Shown: positions 13,107 through 25,100 of the stretch, piece after piece | How the letters are laid out: every line of letters begins with the position of its first letter | Position numbering within the stretch: the first letter of the stretch is position 1 | The notes under the pieces: generated by a model | The model's input: the letters and a program-made list of their open reading frames with translations, nothing else | Database searches by the model: none | Told to the model about the DNA's origin: nothing | Assembly: GCA_002633005.1 (NCBI GenBank) | Contig: NMRA01000001.1 | Coordinates: forward strand, 107,401-171,400 | Direction: 5' to 3' | DNA length: 64,000 nucleotides | DNA from: Phoronis australis | Taxonomy: Eukaryota; Animalia; Phoronida | Made by a program: the position numbers and the translations under genes

Positions 13107-16100
13107 GTTGTGATATCACAAAAATTACACTGAAAATACTTACACCGTGAAAATGAGGTACAATATGCCAAGAACACCAAATTTTTGTAATGGCGTCGGT
13201 TGAATCCAGTTTTTCACAGCACTTTCTGTTCATTTTCAGTGATGGTGAATTGATCGCGTGGGATAAAAGTGCTTCTTTGCTGCAGTGTCTAGAAATGCAA
13301 TCTACGGAACATTTTCGTCAGAGTCCTTGTAAATTTTCGAAAATTGGCCATGTAGGTCTCTGCTTATAAAAATTCGCCTTCCTCATGAATTTTTTTTAAA
13401 CAAACACTCAGCAAACAAAATTTTAAAAAGCTCCAAAGAAGTTGCAACATCATTCCCTACATAGCTTCAAGGCTTTGCTCGGCCATTTTTGCCAGACGTT
13501 TCGTTTTTGCTTGATAATTACAGCATCCACATGCGTAGACTACTTTACTTGTATCTGAAGACGAAACCAAGTCCAGTTTCTGAAAATTGTTTAAAGCGGT
13601 ATTCTGCAAACGTGGTGATTTACTTCAAATATAACTTACCATAGGGCTTAGAGACAAAACTCCGTGAGAGGAATGCCAAAGCAGTGTTCATTAACCGCGA
13701 TAATACGTACTTGAATTTGGCAGCTCATGACGCACTAGCTGATAAAACCATCGTTACTTTTTGAAATGGTACAAACAGTGCACGTGTTCTTCTCAGAGTC
13801 AATAAACCACTGGCAAAGGATGCATGAAAACCTAAGAACTGGTAGCAAATAAAGACTTGGACACAAGGTAAAGTACTTGTGAAGGTGCTGTTGGGGCCAT
13901 TATAATTTAATTTGATTCGTGTATTAAAAAGCAAAGGTAATGTACAGTAGACAAATGACAAACAGACGAACGCACACACCACACTCACGCTCACGCATTA
14001 GGAAACCTGCCAACAAAATTAGAACCCGTGTGTACTAAAGAAAAATGATCCAGAGAGAACCATCTATTATTAAATTTTTCATATTCACAACTTCCGAAAT
14101 ATTTATGTTTTCCCTTCTTGGCTTCATTTGGAAATCTGATTGAACTTCTTCAGTCCACGACTTACGATAGATTCAAGTCAACTGTAACAGGCCTGAAGTG
14201 GGCTTCACTGTTGCTGATATTTGCGTCTCAGTTACACCACTTCCCCATATTTTCGCTTGGAAGTGTTTGGTAACTAGCTATGAGTAGTTTTGTAATTTGC
14301 TATGTTGGTGTAGTTTGCTCATTTTCGTGTACGCCGCATAGTAATTACTTTAGGATCCGAAATAATTACTTTACGCCCCTAACAAGAATTAACTTACGCA
14401 CGTAATTTAATTTCGTGAAGTAATTATTTGCGGCGTAAAGTAATTATTTGCGGCGTACGGCGTAGTGTTCACCCATTTGGCCACCCACAGCTAACGCATG
14501 GCGTATGACTTTTCATGTTGCTTGACCTTCGAAGTGCCGTTGGCATGCTCCCTATTTAAAAGCTTTGATAGTATGCGAAGCGTTTATTCAATTTATTTTG
14601 GCGATAAAATTATTAACTGTCGCGTAAATTGATAATTATTTTACAAAACAACTGGAAGGATTTGAATGTCGATAAAATATCGAGGCAGCGGTCTTAGGCA
14701 TGGCTTTTCTAAGCATTTTTAGAGTTTCACTTCTTATTATTTAACACTTGTGAATAATAACATTGCCGGATTTATAGAGGGGCAAAGAGGCAATTGTCCC
14801 TTGCCGCACCTTCGAGAGGGAACCGAAGATGAAAGGAAACACCTTAATACGGAAGGCTAAATGTCAACAAAAGGGAAAAGGGCTACAATTAATTGCATCA
14901 TCGTGAGACCCTCCGAGAAAAAGTTTAAAATTTACGATTTCATAAAAATTAAAAACGAAAATAGAGGCAATCGATTACAACATCATGGCCCGTGTCTCTG
15001 TAACCTGTCCCTTAAGAAATTATCAGTGAAAAGCACGAAACGGGTGGCCGCTTGGATGCCTTCAACGGGCTCCTTCCTTGAACTGCTCCACCAATTGAAT
15101 GGAAATATAATTCCAAACATAGGGATGAACTTTAATTGATGCTATCTGTCACTTTTTCAATTTTGGTTGAGACAATGTGATATACAATATCGAGAAGAAC
15201 CGATAAGAGAGTCACACAGATCGCTCAATTATCCTTTTCCAGAGCGGGCTCCTTGAAAAAACAATAGTTTTGCAATACCTTTGTCTCCTTGAATAAAAAA
15301 TCCAGTGAATTAATATGGTCTACGAATATTTTGTTTATAAATAAAACAACAAAAATAAAATAGAATATGAATGCATTTTGGAACCTAACGCAGTTAACAG
15401 TCCAAACAAATTGAAAGCTTTTTAGTAAAGGAGATGTGAAAAAATAATTATCTTCTGCTAACTTTTAACGGAAAAAGGCAAAGTATGAAGTAATATGTAA
15501 ATTAAACACTAATTGTTATTTAAGCAATATGTTTGTAATGTATACTCACTATGGTATCAACTTGTGAAGTAAGTCTTCAAGTGATATGTACAACACAGTG
15601 AGTATTGTACTCTTTCAAGAATGCTAGGCACATGTAGCAATCTCAAAACTTTATCATGTCTTTCTCGAATTTACTCGAACTTTTACTGGGAGTTTATTGG
15701 AGGTCACGCTTTCCTGCGAAGTACACAGAAAGTTGAGAATTACTTAAAATTTAGAGTACTTTTGGGTGTGTACTTCTTGGTGATTTCTAAAGCATCAGGG
15801 ATTACTCAGAGTATTTCATTAAGTTACGATTACAAGGGACTGAGTAAAGTTTGACGATTGCGAGTCTAAACTTCAATCCCTTGAACGCCATCTTGTTTCC
15901 GTGTCAGAAAAGTAAAAGGCACGTTGACGTTGTCTTTCAGTTTGACCGGCGTACCTAACAGCGTATGCACTTATTATTACCAACTATCGTATAGCCAGTG
16001 GTACAGGACACGTTACACAACAAGTTGCTTGGACTGGGACTTCCGGTGCACAAGATATCAGTAAGTAGAATGGTTTGCAGTTTTGGAGGAATAACATTCA

Positions 16101-19100
16101 ATAGACGCCACTGAAATGCCGTATAACATACTGCGTCTGTCCACGACACTGGTAAGGCGCTAAAACACCGGTCTTAGTTCTTGTCACATGGCATTCCAAA
16201 GACATCCGAGTACGTCTTGTAATACCGGCGCCCGTTCTGAGAAAACTGGGTTAGCTGGGAGAAACCTTCAACTTATTCATTGTTAAGACATAACTTAGAT
16301 TTGTCTTAGTACGTTCCAATAAAAATGACCTTAAGTTTGATTTAAGTTTTTGTCCTAAATTGCCTCAAATTTGACGTACATGTAGTTCACCAGTTTTAGA
16401 AGTTTGTAGTTTGGGGCAAAGCTAAGGTACAAACAAACGCGCGTGCGCACGCATGCACGAATATTATTTGTTATTCATCAAATGTACAGCAACTTTGAAA
16501 GAGTACCCTGCCCATTAAATGTGCGAACAACCGTGCGTTTAAGCTGATGGAATGCCGTTTTATTTTCGCATTGATGTAATTTTGTCCGCACAATCCGATT
16601 TTTCAATATGGCTCCCTATACATTTGGCCCACCATCAGGAATATCCGGTTTTCTTGCTAGACTTTTGAATCGCAGAAGTCATGAAGAAACAGTTATTTAA
16701 ACAGATCCATTAGTCTTATACGATAATCGAGTACTAAGTCATATTCGGGAATTCGGAGTGTGCAGACAGGATCTTTGACTGGTTTCTTACAGGTCAAAAT
16801 ACAGGGTCGCCTATAAAAGGCAAGACAAGCTAGGCTGTTGTCAGGGCTATACGGACAACGGTTCTTCGTTTTGCATTCGTAAGTATTAGTTTTGTGTTCT
16901 TGCATAAATGGAAGGAATATCTGTAATTTTCCGTATGACGTCATGGTGTGCATTTCTGAAAAAAAAATATCCGCTAGGGCAACAGATTTTACGCCAAGTC
17001 CTACACCCGTCTTTATTGGCAGAGTGTTGAGTGTACTAGAAATGTATTCTCGAGCTTAAAAAAGCAGGGAAGATGCACTCTGGTATTTCCGTTCATGCCT
17101 TACACCATTGTGCGCAGCAACTGGACCATAAAGCGAAGAATAGTTGATACATGGATTTTAAGGCCAATATCTCTCTTTGTTTGATGGATGATATCTGATA
17201 CATTGCTCATACATAGACTTAGTGAAAACTGTTTATTTGTCCTAGCCATTTTTACATTGAATTCCTGATGATTGAACATGTTGTTGACGTTATGTTTTCT
17301 CAGCTCTGGCACTTACTGAAGTTTAAATAACTTGTCACCCAAGCTAGAGGCTACATATATTGTCAATATGAACAATTTACGTAAAAAGTATTACATTTTA
17401 CTGGAGCTATGTTGAATCAAGTAGATAATGTTCCAAACCAACACCAAAGTTCTCAAGATTGTCTTATTATGGTTGGTTAGTTGAACTTTCGTGTGCGGAT
17501 ACAACGATGAACGGAGTATTCCAAGTTCGATCAAGGAATCTCAACATCATAGCAAGCGGTCGTGTATGCAAGGATCAGTTACTACGCGCATCGAAAAATT
17601 ACAGATTCTACCAAACTTTGCACACGTTTGAAAGTTCATAATACTGCTATAAGTACAATTGTCAGGAAGTCAGTGTGCTTCATGGGTTGCCGGGGTTGCA
17701 TAAACAGTTGGATTCATTCCAAATTAATATGCTTTGCGCGGCAAACCGTTGCATAAGTTTGTCTTACATACACAGTATAACGACGAACTGAAAACGAGGA
17801 ATATTGTATAGAGTGAGCGTGTGTTTGAGAAAAATGGAAACAATGAGTATGCTGTCATAACCAAAGAAAAAGAAACTTGAAGCTGGCTATCGTGTCGGAG
17901 GCAGGTTATAGGAAAGTTAAAACAGTTACCAATTTTAAAATGTTAATCGATTGTTATTAAATAAATTGATTAATTGTGCTCAATTATTGTTAGGCTTGTA
18001 TGTATTTGAACGGAATTTAACTTTGCAGCGCTATTCACCCATCATTACATACAGTAGCAACAACCCATGGTACTTGTGCGTAAATAACCTCATTTAAGCA
18101 ATTGTGGTCGGTTGCATGGAACAGTTCCAAATACATGAAGGAACCCAATTAATATTACATCTTTTCACAGCAGTTCTAGAATTTGCAAAAACATATTAAA
18201 GTATTCATCTACGAAGCTCCAATCATAGTTGCCAGCAATGCTCTTTCATTGACTTTGCAATAATAGACCAAGCAGAAACGACAAAGGAGCATAAAATTCG
18301 CGAGGCTCTACACATCAGTTGGTGCAAGTCCAATCTCAATAGGCAACTGGAACACCACAGGTTGTCATTGGTGGTCTAGTTTATCGTCACTCCCTGTAAC
18401 TGACAGTATCTGCGCTTCATTACTTGTTGCTGGGCCTAGCTAGGTGGCCACTATATTCTCTCTTCTGATGATGGTGCTTGAATAAATGACACCGAAACAT
18501 GTCGATTTAAGTACTAGTCCACGAGAGCACTAACCATGAGCGGCAAGGTAGGGGTCAGCCGATTTTCACCAAATTTGGCACATATGTAGTCCTATGGGAT
18601 CTATAAACAGCGGTAAAATATTTCCTCAAAATATTGCGTTTTTCTAAAGTTATAGGCTCAAACACATTTTACGGCTTCGCAGCCATGTTTTCACGGTATA
18701 AAAACTGTCCAGTTTTAACTGTTCATATTTTTCCTTGAATGAAAGCTATTGATTTATTATTCACTTGGCATTGTTTAGTGGTGCCTGTAGATTGTTACAC
18801 AGATGTCTTGAAACACGATTCCGATTTACCACCCTCATTTAGTAGTTTTACTACACTGCCCCCCGTTATGCCATTTTGAGGTTGTGTTCAGTACACTGCT
18901 GTACCAAATCTGCCCCCACTGTTATGAGAATGAAACTTAGCCAAAATGTTGACAAAACATGTTACTTTCATTTCATAAAATAAAAACTTTGTCAGCCAGT
19001 TTATTAGTTATATATTTTGGCACCTCAAATGTACTAAAATGAGAAATTTTCATATATCTGAGATCGATGCGTGAGCACCGTAAAATCCGATTGTCCTTCA

Positions 19101-22100
19101 TGTTTTTCGATATTTTGCAACAAGTTAGTTCCTCCTGAATGTTTTGAACGTTTTACTACTGATCACTTAGGGCTATAGTACCCCTAAATACCATACATGG
19201 CTCCATTTTGTAAAAAGCCGATTATGTCCTCCACAGTGAACAGGGTTAGACATGAACTCGACAAATGTAGGTTATTTTGATTTACAGTTGTTTTACTTTG
19301 CAATTTCCTCATGGGTATTTCTTCACACATATTCAAGTCAGATTTTCTGTTGATCAAATGTTCATGCAATGCATTGTAATATCAAATGAAGGATAAGTTT
19401 GGTTGCATGACCGCAATTTTTCCCACGACTTAAAACAAAAGACCGCAGAAATTTTCCTGACGAAATACCGGGTTTGCAGTTCTGTAAAAACATTCGAATG
19501 ACAAGACAAACTCCACCACTGTCCATGGCAACTCGTCGCATGTTTTTCGCCCATCGGTCCTATCATTGTTTTCCTTTGTTGTGTCATTGTTGGATGTAAC
19601 AACACAGGTCGCATGGATATAGAACCTTGCGTACATCACTGAGACCGTTGCCGATAAGTGCTCGTCATTATATCTTTATTATAACAACGGAAACAATGAA
19701 GATACTAATCTATTGTTCTCTATGCGACCAGGTTTCCCGTGGATGACCACAGAAGAGGAATCCCAAAGTATCCACAAACAATGACCACGCACCTTAGTAA
19801 CTATTACCGCGCACACGAATCCTTTCCGTGGAACCTAAACACCAAATTTTTATATCCGTGTATTGTGTTGTATTGCTCATGGTACGGGTTCAGACTCTGT
19901 TGTATTAAGATTCCAATCCCCAACCCTGTAATATGTAGTTTGAGTAAAATTTCTAGACAATGCAGGTTTATGGATTTATTCTCCTTCAAATGAAGAGTAA
20001 AAATCAAATTCTGCACAGGTTTTTTAAAAGTAATCACTTATTGGAAGATCACACATCTAAAAATAAAACAATGTTTGACAATTTTATTCATTATCTTATT
20101 TGAAAATTGCCTACCTCACAGAAAACTCATCTAAGTTGAAAATATTCGTTGTGAAAAAATATAAAATACCAACCAGAGACTTGTGTACTACAAAATATGT
20201 TTTCGTAATACAATGCAAAGATAACTGTACAGTCAAAAGTGCAAATGTTATGACTCTAATAAAAAATTGCCTTCTAGATCTTTTCAACACTCTAATTGCT
20301 ACAGGACAGAGTCAACCACACAAAGCTCATAAAGTCAGGGAATTACATTTAAGGTGATGTAGTCTCACTGCGAAAAAGTGATTTCGCAATATCGCTGACA
20401 ACACTGGAAATCTCTTCTTCACAAACTTGAGGTAGCTGTATTTACCACATCAATGTTCTTATCAAAACTAACCACCACAAAATGAAAAATTGGCATGTCG
20501 GTTCCAATTAGGCAGCATTTTACAATGAAATGGTCATGAAAAAATACTTTTGCAACATGGTTTGCATTACAATTGCCCTACGATTACAGTTGTACATACA
20601 TACTAGACCACTAACAAAATTACCCATGGGAACCATAAAATGGTCAATTCGCCAAAAAAACAAGGAGCCACCAGAGCTAATGTGCCAATACTTTTCAGTA
20701 CTGCAACAAAAATCATTTGAAGTGGACATAAACTCGCCTAGAATCACATAAAACAACTTTTGATTTAGACATTTTACCATCACGAAATAGGTATTACTTC
20801 CAGGTCACTTTTGAGCAATTTCAGAACTTTGAAAGATCTGGCAATATGCAATTGCTAGAGACCAGACTAATAGTGTGTGATTTTATACACACAGCATGGT
20901 CTCAAGGAATAGCAAACTGTCAATTCGCTATAATTCCAGAAATCACTTCCCATCTGGATAAGGAACAAACTGAGCAAATTTTATAGAGGTAAATGGTCTA
21001 AATCAAAACTTATTACCTCCTGGACAGAATATGGGTTTACAACCCAGGTAGAAAGATAAGTTAACAAAACCAGCCTAACTGCAACAGGGTCTCAAATTTC
21101 AGTAATATATACCCATTTACAAACAAAAATCTATAATGGTAAATAAAATGCGGAAACATAAATTCAGATCAATTATGCATCTTCAAGGAAAAGGAACAGT
21201 ACAGTGGTCAGAAATCATCTAAATGTGATGGCCACACTGAGAAATCCTGTCAGACCAAAAAATCCAGTGGCTAAACAAAATGAACAATGTACCATTACCA
21301 TGTGGCCCAGGATCATGATCCGTGCCCGGAGAAAAATTCAGTCTTAGACTAGGTAAATTTTAGATTTGTGCTGTTCACACAAGCAGTTCTGGTGCAAACA
21401 AAGCTTGCGACAACACACAAGCCTACTTCCCTACACAGCTGTGCTGATACAATAATGCCCCCACTGGATTTAGCAGATCAGCCAGAGTATTTACAGGTCC
21501 AGCCACTGTACTGTTTCCTCCCTTTGAATTTTTACAATGCTACATCCTTGACAATCGCAGATTGCCTCTTTCAATGCATACTCCACTTCCTCTGTCCCAG
21601 TTTCCCCACATTTGCTGAGAGTGGCCTATCTCAAGAAATTACTTTGGACCTGTTGTGGTATAAGCCAGTAATCTTTGGCAAATACTTTTTCCCCCGACTC
21701 GTTCCTCAAGCTACAAATTCTCTTTGACATATCTTCTGGGAGTAGACTTTACGGCCTCTCTCTAGCCCCCTCACTTAGTTGTCCAGAAGGGTACCTTCTT
21801 GCTGGTTGTGAACTTTTCCATACCCAACCTTTACTAATAATCGGCAAGTCTCCAACTTCAGCAGAAGCCACTTCTTCAGCATAAGCCTTTCCCGATTCCT
21901 AAAATTGTATTAATGAAAAAATTAAACATATTAAATTTAATGTGGCCATTTCGGCTCAGAAAATATGAATACCAAGCTAAAGTGAAGGCACCAATATTTT
22001 TGACGGCTTTAGCATGTTTAATTAACTTCATAATCGCAGAAATTCATTGGCAGACATAACATACTCCCTAGTCTCTAAAAGTAGTTCATGGGCAGAAGTC

Positions 22101-25100
22101 ATGTTACACATTTGGTGGTTGTTATGAAAAGTTATGATGACTACCTATTTTCTATGCCAATGTATACATGTAGTTGCATAAACATCAACACATTTGAATA
22201 AGATATGATTAAGCAATAAGGCCCAAGTTATAAGCAATCACGGTGTGACAATAAAAGTATTTTTGCATGAATGACGTGCTTCTAAAAATATTCCTCAGGG
22301 TCAGACCCTGGAGTTTAGTGATTCCTACCTGAGCTCACACGAAGCAGGACGTTGAACCTTGACTTAACGTCTTTGGTCATTTTTCAGACCTCTATCAGGC
22401 TCTATCAGATTTCTCCTCTAGTGTGCAGTGGATGTTCTCAGTGTCTTTGGCGACAGCAATATATCTCGAGTGTTGTAACGATGATTCGGGCAAGTGAATC
22501 TAATAAGGTAGATTATGTAGCTCCTGCTCCACACCTGCCTCCGAGGCAGACACTGAGACAGACTACTTCTCAGGACTCAGGAGGACACGTTCCACCTCCA
22601 CATCAGCTCCACGTACTCTTATAAGGTGCTCAAATGTCTCGCTCTATACCTTGTGCATTTCCCAAGAGTTTCCAAAGTTGTTTCTCTCCGCAATTTGTAG
22701 AAATACCACATTCGATGCGACTGGCAGTGCCAGATAAATAGATAAATTCGCAAACCCGCACTTTAGGTCAGCCATCATTCAACTAACGCATTGTAAGCTT
22801 TAGTTTGGTATTCAGACGAGTTGGATGAACAAATTTAGTATAATTTCATATTTTAGTGGGAAATGCTAGTGTCCTTAAAATTAATTAAAAACATTTAAGC
22901 AAACCAATTCTTTTAATTGTTGTATTATACCACGGCATATTAATGCGTAGAAACGGCGCACAACTAGTGACTGGTTTAACATGACAAATACACATACGCG
23001 GTCTGAAAATAGTGAAATTCAGACACCTATTACCAAGCCTGCCTGAAGGGCTGACAAAGTTTTTATTGTATTAATTTCAAGGGCATGGAGTCTTCTACAT
23101 GTCCATGTTATTATTTTTAGTTTTCTCGCGGGGGCAGCTTCGCTATAAGGGTACAACTTACTGCAGGTTTTTCACAAGTATGAAATGTACCTCCACGGAA
23201 ACAGTTCCAGTGTTACCATGGTAACCGATATTGCAGTGTCGTTGCCGTTTTTACTGACATTGGTCATGAACCTATCATGTGATATCAAAATTGTTCAGAA
23301 ACAATTCTGTTTGAAGCAGAAACTGGAGTAGAAAATTTTGTCAAGAATGACTCATTCCACACCAAGAAATTGCCTCATTTTGCCCCCAAGAACACTTCCC
23401 TTGTATCTCCTAAACCACCAAACTTTATGATGTCATACTTCACCCAATTTCTCCCATCCCTAATGTGATTCATCAGACTAAACATGGATCTGAATGGCTG
23501 ACCCCCCACCTTGCCGCTTGTTGGCTGTACGGTGTTCGGTGGATCCGTGGACTGATACTTAATCTCTCGATGTACTCGTACAGGGACAACAGAGTAAGCC
23601 CAATCTTTCGCGGTTAGTTGAAATATTTACGTATCCCCTGTCTTTTTGAAAACCTTAAACTCTTTACATGTTTGGGCGGAACTTGGAAATTGGCGTGATC
23701 CAATAGTGAGGATGTGACATGCGTCTATTTACGCGCTTGCTTGCATTTCCGTTGCGGGTTTTTCGGTTGACGTTTCTCCAACGGAAAGTGTTCAATCTCA
23801 GTGAAAGCAATAAGAGAGATTAGGAAACTTTTGTAATGTGTTTTCGATATGTTTCAGTTGCATCCACAGGGAGCCCTGGCGTACGAAACGACAATCAAGG
23901 TACGTGCCGACATAGTCTGGGTTGCCTTCATGTAATGTTCATGTCTTGTGACATGAATGTACTTGAACAGCGTTTAAAGTATTCTGTTCAATTGTTCAAT
24001 GATCTTGAACAAATATGTTGCGCGTATGATCTGAGATTGTGTTTAATTTTTCACATGAGGCCTCCTTCCTGCTTTATCGTATTCGCTCCTATTTAGGTGA
24101 ATATATTTGTGGGAACAACGGAGTGCGAGTGACGTTTCCTGCACGTCTGTCCAACGGAGTGACGTATCGGCAAGCCTTCGTCAAGGGATTTCCTGGCGAC
24201 TCAAGCTGTTCTACATCTGACGACGGAAGTGGAAGTTTCGTCCTTGACATTAGGAATCTTCCCAAATGCAACATTACGGCAAATGTAAGTGGGACAAGGA
24301 GAATAAAGGACAGCATTTAAGGAAATACAACGATGGTTTTAATTATGACGTTGAAACTAATACTGTGCTCATTGCATACCGGGTTCTCTTACAATGTGAC
24401 CGACTATTATCTTAGCATACCCATGCCAGATGTTGTAAATTTTTTGTGGTCTATTATTCGAATGTCTTCTTTGCGAACCAGTGGAAAATTAATTTTCCTG
24501 TGTTTTTCAAACAAGTTCATTTGTTGCCGTTTTTGACATTTCGATTTGTTTTTCTATTGATCAGGATTTCTTAGGAAAGTCTGAATTATTTATTAATTAG
24601 ACTGAATTATATTTAGACTTTACAACAGATATGGATAACGAGCAGAAGTTAGTGCTGAAAAGAGAAGCCCCCTGGTAAGTTTTCCGTTCACATAACATAA
24701 CACACATTGCTGTACATGTATCGAGGTTCTACTATATAAATGTCTCACATTATTTCCCTACAGCCAAACGGTGAGGTGAGTTTCCAAGTAAGACTGCAGC
24801 TCCTACCGGGCTTTGATAGTCCTGAAGACGGCTACGTTAACATTTCCTGTAATACCAAGGGAGATCCAGTCTCTCGCAATCTCTCGGCGGAATTAAGAGT
24901 TTTTGCGTAAGTACCTCGCTGGTAAACCATAGGCCATGAGTTCAAGCACTGATGTCCTCATATTATTGCAAAATAAATGCGCATTTTGAAAAACAAATTG
25001 ATGTTGCTGACTTATCGTTAAAAATATTCACAGCTCAGATGAAAAGCGATTTTTGGTCGTGACAAGAAGTGACATTGCTCGATCCCAGTAAGGCGTGGTC

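Noticed and set aside
14154-14269. Alternative signal-peptide exon (GLKWASLLLIFASQ...SV|GTAACT)
   Set aside because: Phase-compatible with a good donor, but it has no in-frame ATG and no partner upstream exon was found. Kept only as an alternative to 13039-13106.
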